A stretch of 64,000 nucleotides of DNA, taken from positions 82,336,001 to 82,400,000 of the forward strand of contig NC_042999.1 of the NCBI RefSeq assembly GCF_006345805.1, written 5' to 3'. A program made the position numbers and the translations under genes. Origin of the DNA: Octopus sinensis. Taxonomy: Eukaryota. Shown piece by piece: positions 1 through 13,442 of this stretch (its first letter is position 1; each line of letters opens with the position of its first letter). A model generated the notes under the pieces. The model saw only the letters and a list, made by a program, of their open reading frames with translations. It was not told the DNA's origin and made no database searches.

Positions 1-904
1 AGTGCTTTAAAATGCACCAAGTTGTGCAGAAGACATCTAACTAAATTCCTTAGAATAAATCTGCTGAATATTAAATCTAATTTTGAAGAAATCTTATAAC
101 ATATGAAACTTTTTTTATGAGAGTATTTTATTTACTTTTGTGACTAAAAAACGTCTAGCATATTTACAAAAGAAGCAACAGTATACGATAAAACTTTGAT
201 TTTTCGTTTCAATTTCACTACTGCCTATCAATATGAAACTTCTCCAAACGAAAGAGATATTGAGAAAAATTGACAAGTTGAATTAAAGAAATAGATGGTA
301 TTTTTGCCGTTTATTTTTTTCCTGTTTTTCTATTTAATATTCCTGTGAATATAGATATTTGGATTGTTTTAAATTCATTGGAAGACCTGAACTCCATAGT
401 TCAGTATTTTTTTTTCGTCTTTACCGACAGTGTCAATACTGTTTATCACTCGTTAGCAGATTCACTTAAAGAAATATCAAATAGTTGATGATATATATTT
501 ACAGTTTTCGTTTGAGTCAAAATAAATTCATGTATTTTCTTGATAAAAGAAGGGAAGGAACGGAGAAATTGGATGTTGTAACGTTCATGCTTGCTTTCTA
601 ACAATAGAAAGCAACTAAATATTTGCAATGAGCATTAAAATTAAAACTACTCACTACAGTTGTCTGAAGCTAACTTTTATTCTACGGTTCTTGAGCTCAT
701 TGCAACAAATTTTAACTGACATTTGCCAGATTCTTTGCATGAAAACTAGTAAATATTTTTTGAAAAATCAGTACATGTAAAAGTAACCAGCAAAATTTCA
801 TCGATGTCTATCACTATGAAAATCCTAGCATCGTATTTGCAGCTTGCCCGAAGCCTAACGCATGTTTTATAACACTTATCAATATAAATTTAATATATCC
901 TTTT

Positions 905-1112
905 TACTAAAGGCACAACGCCTGAAATTTGGAGGAAGGAGACTAGCTGAGGTCATCGATTCCAGTGTTTCACTGGTACTTAATTTGACAACCCCGAAAG
1001 GATGAAAGGCGAAGTCAACCTCGGCGGAGTTTGAACTCAGAAAGTAGAGACGGGCGAAATACCGCTAAGCATCTTGTCCAGCGTGCTCACGATCCTGCCA
1101 GCTCACTGCCTT
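905..1112 (-). mobile_element. tRNA-derived SINE, family A (octopus OR/OK-like)
   Basis: Reverse complement starts AAGGCAGTGAGCTGGCAGG with a B-box GAGTTCAAACTCC. The body matches the copies at 15655, 16355, 16525, 22326, 27441, 41578 and 63919. Confidence 0.8.
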
Positions 1113-2344
1113 GAATAAATTCAGTATATGCTATAACGCAAATATAGACGGCATCACGAAGTTCAACAATTTCTAATGTAAATCAAATTCTTAGATAAAA
1201 TATTCTTGGATTCAACTAAGAGTGGAAATCGGGATATAATTAATGGATTTAATTCTAAACGGTTTTTATTTCATAAATTTAAAATGAAATGGCGTTAAAA
1301 ACCTACCACACACAGAGAGACACGTATACAAAAACGTACAGCTATTTGCTAGTCAAATCGCTGCAATATATGTTTGACACAAGCCACATAACAGTAGGAC
1401 AGTGCTAATGTTTGTGATAAGATATTTTATGCATGGAACTGAAAAATGTAAAGTGATCGAAACATATGCAACATGTTTCCTGTTCCTGCTGCAAGAATAA
1501 AATGTGATATTGGCCATTTCATCACAGTATATAATTTTTGTAGTTATCTTCTACTAATTTGATAACTCAGGCCCTATGTAATACTCTTGAACACCACTGG
1601 TTAATCTTGTTACATTAAGTATTTTACATCTCTCCCGAGATATAACATTTTGTTCAGCGGGTTTTGAACTCATAACTCAATAGGAATGACCTCCAATTTT
1701 AAAAGAAATTTTGCTGGATACTCTACTCATTCTCCAAATCTCCAGACAGTTTTAATTTTATATCTGTTCGGAAGCTCAAATCGGCAGTGTGGTTAAGATG
1801 GTCGTTTCTTAACTATGAGGTTTTGAGTTTTATTCCACTGTGTAGGCATCCCTTTGTCAAAGTGAGGACCAAAGCTTTGTGGGCCTCTCAAAGGTAAATG
1901 TCATATTGACAAGTAGAGATAATCTCTCACCCGAACTTACACCACTGCCTGACCTGTGGGTGGAGCCCAATCTATTGATAACATCTATACAAATGAGCAT
2001 AATTTCTTCCTTCCCTGCTGCCAATCACTGAGACCCTGAAAGTTCTATGAGCGTTGTTCTCCTTCTCTGACAAACACATTAACAAAAATATCTAAGCTTT
2101 CTCCGACATAGTAACACATAATCAATAAAATATGAAGCATTAACTCCGACAAGTAGGAGATAAAATATTACGTTGAAGAAGCAAATATTTAAATATAGTT
2201 CAAGTATTTTCGTTCATTGATCATCAGAAAGACCATTTCATCTCCATAAATGCGGCTTGGTGGATGCCTACTCTATCGTTCTGACCCGGAAATGTGGTGT
2301 TGCTATGGTTGTTTTTCAACCCGCTACTATAAAAAACATATGAT

Positions 2345-2560
2345 CGTCAGCCTCCGGATTGAAGTTCGATAGTAATGTGGCGTGCCAATATAAACACAGG
2401 GGATTCCACATCACTATCGTTATGTAATGGAGCATTAAAGATACTGCACCATACAACGGAACATCACGAGTATGCAACTTATGTCTAGAAGAAACTCTGG
2501 AAATCACCACATACGATGTGATCATATGTAAACATAAAGGCAATACATCGTTTCTGGAAT
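2345..2560 (+). pseudogene. Penelope-like element, C-terminus of GIY-YIG endonuclease, decayed
   Basis: Manual translation gives WSIKDTAPYNGTSRVCNLCLEETLEI, which matches the W-x-I...PY...CxLCxxEK tail of Penelope EN. Stops and frameshifts are present. Confidence 0.6.
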
Positions 2561-2873
2561 ACGAAAAAACATTTTGAAGCGGAATAACATCAACTGCCCT
2601 TAGCTTATTATAGAACAAGGAAGTAACACAAACAAATAAGCAAACAAGCCAATGTTTAAGATGCTATACACTATACCACTGTACCACTAAAAATAATTAA
2701 AAGGTCACCCACTGACACTCGTTGACGCTACATCGAAGAGGCCAGGGTACAGAAGAAAGAATGAGAAAGAAGACATGCACTCAACAGCAGAGCTGAAGAC
2801 ACCTCCGAAAGGTGGGGGGCGCCACGTCAAAACGGTTGAGTAGTAGGGGCCGAAACCGGACGTGGTTCCTCCT

Positions 2874-2948
2874 GATGATGTCTTGAGCTAACTGGATCCT
2901 ATAAAGGAACTGTTGTGGTAGCAGACCACGAAACATGGTTGAAATTCC
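2874..2948. repeat. Unclassified dispersed repeat segment, second copy at 32520-32594
   Basis: ACTGGATCCTATAAAGGA...GGTAGC..ACCACGAAAC.TGGTT.GAATTCC is shared between the two loci. Confidence 0.6.
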
Positions 2949-3801
2949 GTAAGATAGTATCATTTATCAATTCAGACAATGAACTCCAACAGATGATGGC
3001 TATTGTGGTTGTACATGCTGATCTGTTTACTTCAGAATTCACTGAAGGGAGTCATGCTTTAAACGAGATCGAACAAAGGAATGTACTACCCATCTGCAGA
3101 CTGAATAGACCACACATACACACAGCTCAATCACCATGTAACTACCATTCCTTCCGCGCTTTCCATCACCTCCCTCTCTTCTCCACCAGATAGACACAGA
3201 ATACCCACATAACCCGACCAAACTTCTCAAGTCAAAAGGGATAAACAAGCCTCTGTTAAACATCCATTAATGTTATATCGCCCGAAGAAATTGATGTTGA
3301 CGGATACTACGGACTACACTGTAATCATAATTTAAGAGACATGTGATTCGTGGAAACATACATGGAACCGCACTAAATGTTTATAAATTCCACCCAAGGA
3401 ATATACATATATACGCACGCACCCACATACACATACTCTTTTTAAAGTTGGAAGGATTGTCTTCAGAGGAATTTGGAAAGTACTTCTAACATGTTTGGTG
3501 ATTGTACCAATAAGGGCCCTTTCCTGATTGCTCTAATTATGAGGTCGCTGCTCTTGTCGTTGATACTGTTGTTATATAAATCTGGCCGTACTGATTAAGC
3601 ACACCTTTCACCTAAAACATTCCCATATTTATTCTGATATAGTTTACGTAGGAGTAGATCTATCTATTGTATTAGGTTGTTTTAAGAGTAAGGTGCAGCA
3701 CCTTGTGACCTTCACAGTCGTTCCTTCTGCCAGAAGCGGTAAGATCCAGGCAGTTAATATTCTCCATACACAGAAGAAAGTCGACTGCTTTAGGAAAATA
3801 G

Positions 3802-3848
3802 ATATTATGAAAGGATATTCTAGATTCTTGAATATCCTTTCATAATAT
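3802..3848. repeat. Perfect 19-bp inverted repeat with 9-nt loop
   Basis: ATATTATGAAAGGATATTC-tagattctt-GAATATCCTTTCATAATAT. Confidence 0.85.
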
Positions 3849-4351
3849 TTATTTTAGAATCTAGAAGGCTGGCGTTTTGAATAGGGCACTCTCTACGTTG
3901 CGGTTCGTGCAGTACCTCCATTTTCGCTGATCAAACCAGATCATTTTACATCAAGTAGTTTGATCAGGAACAACCTGGCCATGACAATAATCAAGCTATC
4001 AGTTGAAGGACATGCATGCTTATATTATCTAACTCGTCCTTTAGAAATATATTTGACTCCTATTTCTAGTTTAGCGGAGAACTTAGTAGAAGCTTATTTG
4101 GTGCCTTATGGTGCAATGATAAGGTACGAAACATAGGTGATGATTTCAGTTGCAACGTAAACAGTAGGGTATAAATAAACTATAAGAAGAAATGTAACAC
4201 TAATTTTTAGTTTCTACATCATTTCAACACTATGCGAGATTGTTTTAAAGGAAATTGGAAAGTCTTGTTTAACATAAAAATATTATGAAGTAGTATATTA
4301 TCTCTGAAAACATAATTTCAGAAGCATACGTGTAAAACGTGTAATATACGT

Positions 4352-4401
<50 letters not shown>

Positions 4402-4504
4402 TATATACGTTTATATATATACATATATGTAAGTGTGTACATATATATAGGTATATATGTGTGTGTATATGTATATGTACGTATACATATATATATATAT
4501 GCTT

Positions 4505-4537
<33 letters not shown>

Positions 4538-4986
4538 CTAAACTCTGAGTTGCTAATATTCGTTTATGAACTGATAGCTTCAACCTGGTTTACGGAGTGG
4601 TTTTGACAGATTTCATTGCTTTTACACCTTTCTCCTTGCCGTAAACCATTTTGGAACCAGATATGCATTATACTTAATAGTAAACACAACTGAAGTCAAT
4701 AAAATGTAGCATATCTAAGTATCGGTTTTATTACTAATATAGACCGTCTTTACTTTCTGTTATTCTTCCTTATTTCTTCAATTTCTATTGTTTCCCGTGT
4801 GCCGATGCGTACCTACACATACATATATATATGTGCATGATCTGTGTGTGTATTTGTGTGTGTATGTGTGTAAGTGTTTGTGAATGTGTGAGTGTATGCG
4901 TGTGCGTATATATGACTACCAGTGAATATACGTACACTACTGTGTATATAAATGTGTAAGTATTTATATCGTTGTGTGTATGTGTG

Positions 4987-5058
<72 letters not shown>

Positions 5059-5160
5059 TAGTGTGTATGTGCGTGTATGTATGTGTGTATATATATATAT
5101 ATCAATGTATATACATTTAGTGGGAGCCGTGTTTGCTTGTGCGCATGTATGTATATGTAT

Positions 5161-5227
<67 letters not shown>

Positions 5228-5381
5228 AGTTATATATCTGCGTCAGTTTGTCTAATGCACTTATATGTGCGTACGTCTTCGTTCGTGTGTGTGTGTGTGT
5301 GTGCGTGAAGTATATAGCTTAGGAATACATACTTACATTATAACACTTAGAAATTCTGTATTCATCCTTCCTAATAGAATC

Positions 5382-5418
<37 letters not shown>

Positions 5419-7092
5419 GATGTCTTTGTGTATGTAAGTCTACATGTATATGTAGGCAACAAGTTAAATTCACTTAAATATCAATAAGTATATTTGGTAA
5501 GTTTAGTCCCCGTGTGTGTTATTCTCGGCGTGTATTCCCTTCTTTTCCTATGTTTATATTATATTCTAAAGTGTGATTTGTAAGTCACTATGTGCAAGTT
5601 GTATATTTTATTATTCGCGTATATTTATATGTTTGTGTGTGTGTATGTATTTGGTTATAAGTTCATTTTTTTTCCCAGTGAGTATCTGCTTCTAAAATTC
5701 TGTGCACGCGTATTTTATTTTATTTCTTTCTGAGTTATATGTTACTTGACAGTGTATATATCTCTGTGTGTTCATTTGTGTATGTGCAGATGCTAAAGCG
5801 TGTGAATGCATAGTTACGTGTTGGCAGAGGAATGTGAGAGAAATAGGCTTATTTGCGAATGTAGTGTGTTTATGTTGGTGCTGTTTATATGCTTGTGTGT
5901 GTGTGTGTATGTGTGTGTGTGAGTGTGTGTGTATGAGAGAGAGAGAGAGAGAAAGAGTAAGACAGCGAAAGAGAAAGAGAAGAGAGAGTGATTCTCCGCA
6001 AAAAAGAGGATGTGAATTAGTGGCTTTATTTGACCATGTCCAAGTTCGTTATTAATATAACTGTACGTATGTGTATATTTGCATGTATGTTTATACGCAT
6101 TACATTTGTATAAATCTATTAAGTGTACATTTGTGTCTAGGTATATAGATCTGTGTAACATCAGTTAATGATATGTAGTCTTTGTATGCTTCAGTTTGCC
6201 AGGATTTTTTCTTCTTCTTGCGACAAAGCAAACCTAAAATTGAAAAACCCGAGGAAAATTTATATGGATAGAAATCTTTTCGACATCGAAGATTTCATTG
6301 TGGTCAACTTTAGTATGGTTTCTCGTGATGTTTATTTCTCTTATCGAAATAATAAATACTCTGTTACTTCTTTCCTAATGTGAGAGGTCTGTCAGATTTC
6401 TGTGATTTGTTGTTGAGACGAGAATACAATCAATAAAGTATAGCCATCAACGATGAATGGAGCAAGACGATTTACATCGACTATGATCGAGTCCCAGTTT
6501 TGTTTGTTCAAACGTTGGCAAATTTTTCTTCCCTTGTGTTATATATTGATTTTTATTTATTTTTTCGAAAATTACCGTCTTTTGTTTTTTTTCAATTGTA
6601 AAAGCGAGATTTATGGGAACATTCAAATGAAGCCAACATTTTTGTGAGGTAAATAAACGCTATTGAACAAGAAGATCGCGGTAGGCATCTAACTGATTTT
6701 ATCTTGTAGTAGTCCTTTTTCAATAATGCTAATATAGCATGGACATACGGATCTACTTATGTTTACTCTTAAAACAAGATTCTTTAAACTTGTCTTAAGT
6801 AAATGAATATTTGATTCGATATTACGATAACACCCTGTGCAGGACGCGGTAAGCTCAATTCAATGCAAACATGCAAAATGGGTTTTATTGCAGTCGAGAT
6901 CGTTTTACTTTGTTGATAACAACCATGCTATTAGTAAAGACATGAATGCTCCGATAATAACAGAAACCATTCCTTTAAATTTTAGATATTTTGTTATAAA
7001 TCATAATAAATGAACAACGTTTATACTAAATCAAAGTGGAGGTTCAATCATAATAAATGAAAATCATTTATACTAAATCGGCGTGTAGGTAC

Positions 7093-7360
7093 AAGTCCTG
7101 GATTGCTAAATCAACTTAGCATTCTATGGTTCCTGGATTCATGTATATTTCCAAATCACGAATTGTTATTCATTCAAATGAGTATATCCCATCAAAAAAA
7201 ATCTTTGAAAGTTTGGAACCGTATGTATAAGCCCTGGATTGCTAAGGCAACTTAGCATTCCATGCCTCCTGGATAAATGTATATTTTGAAATTACGAATT
7301 GTTATTCATTCAAACGTGTATATCCCATCAAAGACATCTTTGAAAGTTTTGAACCGATGC
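7093..7360. repeat. Diverged tandem duplication, period about 136 bp
   Basis: AAG(T/C)CCTGGATTGCTAA...TTTGAAAGTTT(G/T)GAACC starts at 7093 and again at 7229. Confidence 0.85.
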
Positions 7361-7666
7361 AAAAAGATAATCATTATTTTCTAAGACCCACCAAAAATAG
7401 GATCCTTGGTAATTTGTTCGAATATATTGTCTATAAATGAATGAGATTATTGGTGACAACTTTTGTGTTCTCAATAAGACTATCCTTATACTACAAAGAG
7501 CCAACCTTGTCATCCACTGTTAAGCAGAGTCTCCTTGAAGTGAAATTAAAAGTACAAATTCATGAGAAATATACACTTATAAGTCAAAGAGTGCGTAGTT
7601 CAGTAAATCGAATCGAGCAACAGATAAAAGCACGGGCAACGTCTACAAATAAACATTTGAGGCATA

Positions 7667-8958
7667 CGAGGGGCGTTCAATAAGTAATGCCCCTGACCCC
7701 TTGCAGTTGTTTGATCTAGCTGAAATTTTGCATGTGCAATTATTTATATCTCTATAGATTAAGTGGTAAATTACAGCTCTGAACTAATTGTGGTTTCCGA
7801 TTTACAGGTGTTTGAACTGAGTCAAGTGGGAAATGGAGCCTGTTGAGTGTCGAGCAGTGATTTCGGTTTTTGTATTTGAAAGGACGCACACCACGGGAGA
7901 CTTTTGATGAAATGAAAGTAACTTATGGTGATGATGCCCCATCATATGACCTTGTAAAACGCTGGCATCGTGAATTCAAACATGGTCGGAACTCTGTAGA
8001 AACAGCTCCCAGATCTGGTCGCCCCCTTCTGCCATTGATGAGGCATCTGTCTGTCAAGTTGAGGCTACCATTTTGGAAGATCGACGCATAACTATTCGTC
8101 AAATAGCCCATGAGGTCAAGATTAGTACCGGGTCTGTGGAAACTATAATTCCTGACCATTTGCATATGCAAAAGGTGTCTGCCAGATGGATTCCCAGGTT
8201 GCTCACACCTTTCCAGAAGCAAGAACGCGTCGATTGCTCGAGGATGAATTTGGAGATGTGCTAAGAAGATGAGTCAAAATTTTTCAAAAGACTGAATGCA
8301 TAGGATAAAACCTGGGCCCATCACTATGATCCAGAGACCAAAGCCCAGTCAATGCAGTGGAATCACCGTGACTCACCTCCTCCAAAGAAGGCAAGGGTGC
8401 AGCCTTCCGCTGGCAAGGTCATGCTTACAGTCTTCTGGGACCAGGACGGAGTAGTGAAGACAGATTTCCTGGCAAAGGGTACCACAATTACAGGAGCCTA
8501 TTATGCTTCACTTCTGAGGAAATTAAGAGAAGCTATCAAAATCAAGAGGCGGGGCAAGATCAGCAAAAGCATCCTCCTCCTGCAGGACAACGCTCCGGTC
8601 CACAACTCGCGTGTCGCCAGATCAGAAGCACGGGCGTGCGGCTATGAACTCCTCTCCCATCCCCCCTACTCTCCTGACCTTGTACCCTCTGATTTTCACC
8701 TCTTCCCAGTCACGAAGTTGTTTTTGAAAGGAAAGCGTTTCCCAGATGATGCAGCCTTGATTTCTGAAGTCACGTCGTGGTTGGAGGACCAAGCTGGGGT
8801 CTTCTACAAAAACGGTCTTCAGAGCTGCATCAAACGATGGGAGAAATGCGTAACTCTGGTTGGTTTCTATGTAGAAAAAGACTAATAACTGTTCCAAGTT
8901 TCGTTGCTCTACTGCTATGGGAAGTGAATCAGGGGCACTACTTATTGAACGCCCCTCG
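7667..8958 (+). mobile_element. Full-length mariner DNA transposon (DD34D, irritans-like), 1292 bp
   Basis: 30-bp TIRs CGAGGGGCGTTCAATAAGTA(A/G)TGCCCCTGA differ at one position. TA target duplications lie at 7665-7666 and 8959-8960, with a transposase inside. Confidence 0.97.
7833..8885 (+). pseudogene. Mariner transposase pseudogene
   Basis: ATG at 7833. Motifs are WIPRLL, DKTWAHHYDPETK, QDNAPVH and HPPYSPDLVPSD, with 34 residues between the last two Asp. Lesions are two frameshifts (about 7862 and 8025) and stops at 8262 and 8301. Confidence 0.95.
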
Positions 8959-9331
8959 TATACAGGATTCGCATAGCATAGCCGGATGACTGCGTTGCCG
9001 AATACACCATGATAAGCCAAACAATATATACATATCTGGATGTGGTAACGCTGGTCCCTCATTTTAGGGTCACTCAACCTTCATGAAATAGCACACAAAC
9101 CTATTTCAAATCCTACCACGCTAAGAAAAAAGGGCATATAAGATAGCATGTGTGGTGTAAAAAAAAGCAATGTGTTCGTCATACTTGCAATGCCTCTGAT
9201 CATATGTTTGCTTGTTGTAGGCCAACTTTTGATTTTAAATATCGCAGCCAAAATACGCGGCTGGGTGTTATTGACACTCTTTTACCCTTTGTTCAGTGTC
9301 AGATTGACTTGAAATTATTACGTACCGTATG

Positions 9332-9393
<62 letters not shown>

Positions 9394-9427
9394 ATATATA
9401 TAATATAATATAATATATATAAGTTTG

Positions 9428-9578
9428 CTTTTTTTATCTTTTACATGTTTTAGTCATTAGACTGAGGCCATGCTGGGGCACCACGTTGAAGAATTTTTAA
9501 TTGAAAAACGTCGATCCCAGTATATTTTTAAGCTTCGTACTTAGCCTATTGTTTCTTTTACAGAACTGCTAATTGACA
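9428..9578 (-). mobile_element. SINE family B, 3' tail fragment
   Basis: TTTCAGTCATT.GACTG.GGCCATGCTGG.GCACC matches the tail of the full copy at 24251-24660. Confidence 0.65.
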
Positions 9579-9756
9579 CACATACACACACATAGAAAGA
9601 CACACATACACACACGCGCGCGCACAGATATATATATATATACATAAACTTGCTTGGATGTGTAGCTTCAATCAAATAATAATATAAATAGTATATGCAT
9701 ATATGCATGTATATATATATATATATGCATGTGTGTGTATGTATGTGTGTGTATAC

Positions 9757-10004
9757 ATATGCAAATATGGGTACTGGACGTCACCAACAGTAAACAACAT
9801 GAAATACGAAAACAAATGAGTTCAATACGCAAACAACGAAATGAGGAGTAGGTAGACAGCCGACAACTGATGATGAGTCGTTCTTTGTGTTACCTGTCCT
9901 GGATTCCATTTGTTTCTCTCATTGTTTGGGTATTGAACTCATTTGTTATCGTATTTCATGTTGTTTACTACTGTTGGTGACCTCCGTACCCATATGTGCA
10001 TATG
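9757..10004. repeat. Fold-back inverted repeat, arms about 83-86 bp, spacer about 80 bp
   Basis: 9757-9839 is the reverse complement of 9919-10004 with few mismatches. The spacer contains CTGATGA. Confidence 0.9.
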
Positions 10005-10005
10005 C

Positions 10006-10048
<43 letters not shown>

Positions 10049-10050
<2 letters not shown>

Positions 10051-10178
10051 AGGAGAATTCACACAAAAAAGGCAAAGACAGGTGGTGTAGACAACAAACA
10101 GATGTATTAATTTAACGCTCGGGAAGCAAAAAAGTCTTTAATGTTTCGAGCTTACGCTCTTCCACATAAAGAGAGAGC
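10049..10178 (-). mobile_element. Penelope pLTR-like short repeat with a decayed minimal hammerhead motif at 10135-10172
   Basis: Minus strand reads TCTTT-ATGTGGA-A-GAGC-GTAA-GCTC-GAAAC-ATT-AAAGA. Stems I and II are intact but the core is mutated. Confidence 0.55.
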
Positions 10179-10184
10179 AATCAG

Positions 10185-10337
10185 CGTCTTTCAATATCAG
10201 TCTACCAAATCCACTCATAAGGCTTTGGTTGGCTCCCGAAGTTATAGTAAAAGATGCTCGCCTAGGGTCCCAAGAAGTGGAATTGAAAACCCGGAGCCAT
10301 TTTCTTGTGAACCAAGCTCACAGCCACGCTTGCGCCT
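10185..10337 (-). mobile_element. SINE family B, 5' part
   Basis: Reverse complement begins AGGCGCAAGCGTGGCTGTG and continues like the head of the 24251-24660 copy. Confidence 0.7.
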
Positions 10338-10439
10338 ACAGGGAAAACCTATAGAATTTGTCCTTGCTAACAGTGAAGTGAAGTGAAAAGCCGAGGTAAA
10401 CATACAGCAGAAACTGTAATCTACTGCATAATTGCCATT

Positions 10440-10489
<50 letters not shown>

Positions 10490-11418
10490 CTTCATAGTAG
10501 CTTTCTACCTCTTTCGGTAAGTACTCCCCTTACTTCTTTGATCACTCCCTTAACATCATACCTTTCTGATTTGTTATAATCTTACTCTTCATACATGCAC
10601 AGTTTACTTCTTGAACTTGGCTACATCTTAATCACTATCTTCTTTAGCTCTCCTCTTTCCTTTTCTCTTGAAAACAGGCTAATGTTCGAGCGATAACCTA
10701 TTTCTGTATTTTTTACTCAGCATTTCAGCCGTTTCCGAATTCTCGACCCTATTTTACAAGTCGTCACGCGTTCACTTTCTCTTTAATGTCCACTACTACA
10801 CGTTCTTGCGTTGTACAGCTCAGCCAAAATTAATAATTGTGTTCTATATATAAAATAATTGTGTTCTTCAGTGTATAAAATACATAAAATTTTGTATATT
10901 TTTGTGTTTTATCATCTTCCTTAGTGATACTGCAACCAAATTGCTTCAGGACACGTTGTGCTAATCCTTAACTATGATCTTGTTTTCACAACATTATTCC
11001 CTGCAAATGCTCTGGTACACAGAGACGAGCTGTAGTGTTGTTAAACGTGCCAAAATCGTGAAGAGCTCAAACAAAAGCTCGCAAAGTGGATTTGTTTCTA
11101 TGTTTTTGATTTTCCATGTTTGCTTCAGTGTGATGGTCACCGTCTGCATAATTGAATGAATAGACATTAATTAGAACCACTCTCAAATACTTTAAACGCT
11201 GAGAATAAAAATCATTTATTAACGAAATCTTTAGGGAAAGCGACCGGTTATTTCGTTTCAAATCGCTTATCAAGAAGTAGGTAAAATATTCGGCTGCATA
11301 TCACGAATCATTTTATTGATAAACAATATGTACGCCGTACACCGTTGCAATAGCTGAAACTACTAAAATATTAATAGCATAGATATAGACAATTGTAAAG
11401 AATATATACATATATATA

Positions 11419-11483
<65 letters not shown>

Positions 11484-11500
11484 CAAAGTATATATACATA

Positions 11501-11580
<80 letters not shown>

Positions 11581-11769
11581 CATTACTCTGCTAAAAAATT
11601 CTAGGATAAAAACTTACAACTCACGCAATATCTTTAAATGCATTTCAGAGATATCAACTCTCATCCTTTTCTGGATTGTTCCCTGTTACTTAGGAAAAAA
11701 TAAGAATGGTACAAATTGTATAGAATGCAAGTATGTCCTCTTAAGATGTGTAATGTGTATGTGTATATA

Positions 11770-11837
<68 letters not shown>

Positions 11838-12901
11838 TGTGTGTGTAAAGCGAAATTCATATACATATATGTATATAAATATATATATATATATATAAAT
11901 TTCGCTTTGCAAACATTTTAAAAGATTCTTTCGCTCAGCTAACAGCTTTAGACCACAGGATACTCACTGAATCATGTTTTGAAAGTAGCAATTGCTAATA
12001 TATGCATTAATACTGAAAAATGTGTTTTCTTAACACTTTTAACGCAATAGGTCGACTTTTCGATATGACTCACAAATTCTGAAGTTCTTGGTTCATATAT
12101 ATATATATACCATTGATTTGCTTTAATGTTTTTTAACGGCTTCTCCTCACTCTGTCCACAGGTTATTATTACTTCTGAGTAACCGAATAAATGTGATGGC
12201 CTTCAGCGGAAATTTACGAAGAAAAATAAATCACTAGCATACGATAAGCTCTTCAATTTTTTCTTAAAATACCTACAGATGTCTCCAAAAGTTAGTACAA
12301 CACAGATAGTTTAAAATGGTCGTCATAACTGCTAACAATACTGATCCATATAAGTTAGGATGAATTGAAAAATAGTAATTGGTTAGGAATTGAATATATA
12401 TACAAACAATTGCAGCGCGGAAGATATTTATAAGCCATTTAAAAACACACAAAAACCGTTAGATTCACTTTAACATTTAAATTTAATTTGCCAAAATATT
12501 TTTGTTGCTTTGATAGTGCGACCTGTTCACTGACAAAATAATTTTACCATAAAGAACATTTTAGTACCGGTTTCAGACTTTGCGACTTTTTCAACTTAGA
12601 ATGAATCACGAAAAACAAAACATAAAAAAACATACAAAGTATGGGGTCAATCCTTTCTACTAATAAAATTCTTCAAGGTAGTGCCCCAACATGGCCGTAC
12701 TGAAGTAAGTAAAATATGAAAGATAAAATATATCCCAGCAAACTTACAATCAAAGTCATTCCAGATGTGACCATACTTCCTTTTGTAAGAATATCATATT
12801 TATAATTTTTTATATGTAACAGCCCCCCTTCTATTTCTAACACTGTAAAGTTTGAAATGTAAAGGAGATATAGCTGCTATTTCTAGAAGTTTCAACGATT
12901 C

Positions 12902-12964
12902 GAAGAAGAAGAAGAAGAAGAAGAAGAAGAGAAGAAGAAGAAGAAGAAGAAGAAGAAGAAGAAG
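12902..12964. repeat. (GAA)n microsatellite
   Basis: Direct reading. Confidence 0.95.
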
Positions 12965-13368
12965 ATAGAGAATAATAAAAATACGGGAGTGGTATGACAT
13001 TAGTAGGATGTTTGTGCAATTTTCTTAAATGGTCAAGTGACTTAAAGTGACCTGTTGTGGCGGTAATTGTTGTGAGTGGAACTGTTGTGAATAAATTCAT
13101 GGCTAGTGACTGGTTCTGAATATATCATTTTTTATATTTGCGTGGGTATTATTTTAAGGCCCTTGTAATATAGTGTATATAGTGGTGGACGCATTCGAAA
13201 GGGGTTTATATTTTGTGAGAAAATATGACTCTTTGCTAATGCGCTGACTACAGGCTGCATCGTTCCTGGATTTATAGTGAGGAAAATTCTGAAACTGGGT
13301 TGTTTGTTAGTGGCGCAAATGTCGATGTGTTCACTGAATGCTATTTTTCTGTATTCTATCAACTTTCT

Positions 13369-13442
<74 letters not shown>

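Noticed and set aside
446-874. Minus frame containing CVRLRASCKYDARIFIVIDIDEILL, reminiscent of a GT92/GT-A DxDE motif
   Set aside because: The frame has at least five stops and no second supporting motif. Chance similarity is likely, although an old pseudogene is not excluded.
2874-2948. Hammerhead reading of CTGATGA...GTGGT-AGCAG-ACCAC-GAAAC, also at 32520-32594
   Set aside because: CTGATGA is about 45 nt from the stem and no consistent stem I or helix III can be drawn in both copies.
12488-12538. Hammerhead-like topology on the minus strand (TTTGTC...GTCGC..GCAAC-AAAA-ATAT-TTT-GGCAAA)
   Set aside because: The core reads AGTGAACAG rather than CUGANGA and GAAA is mutated. Too degenerate to call.
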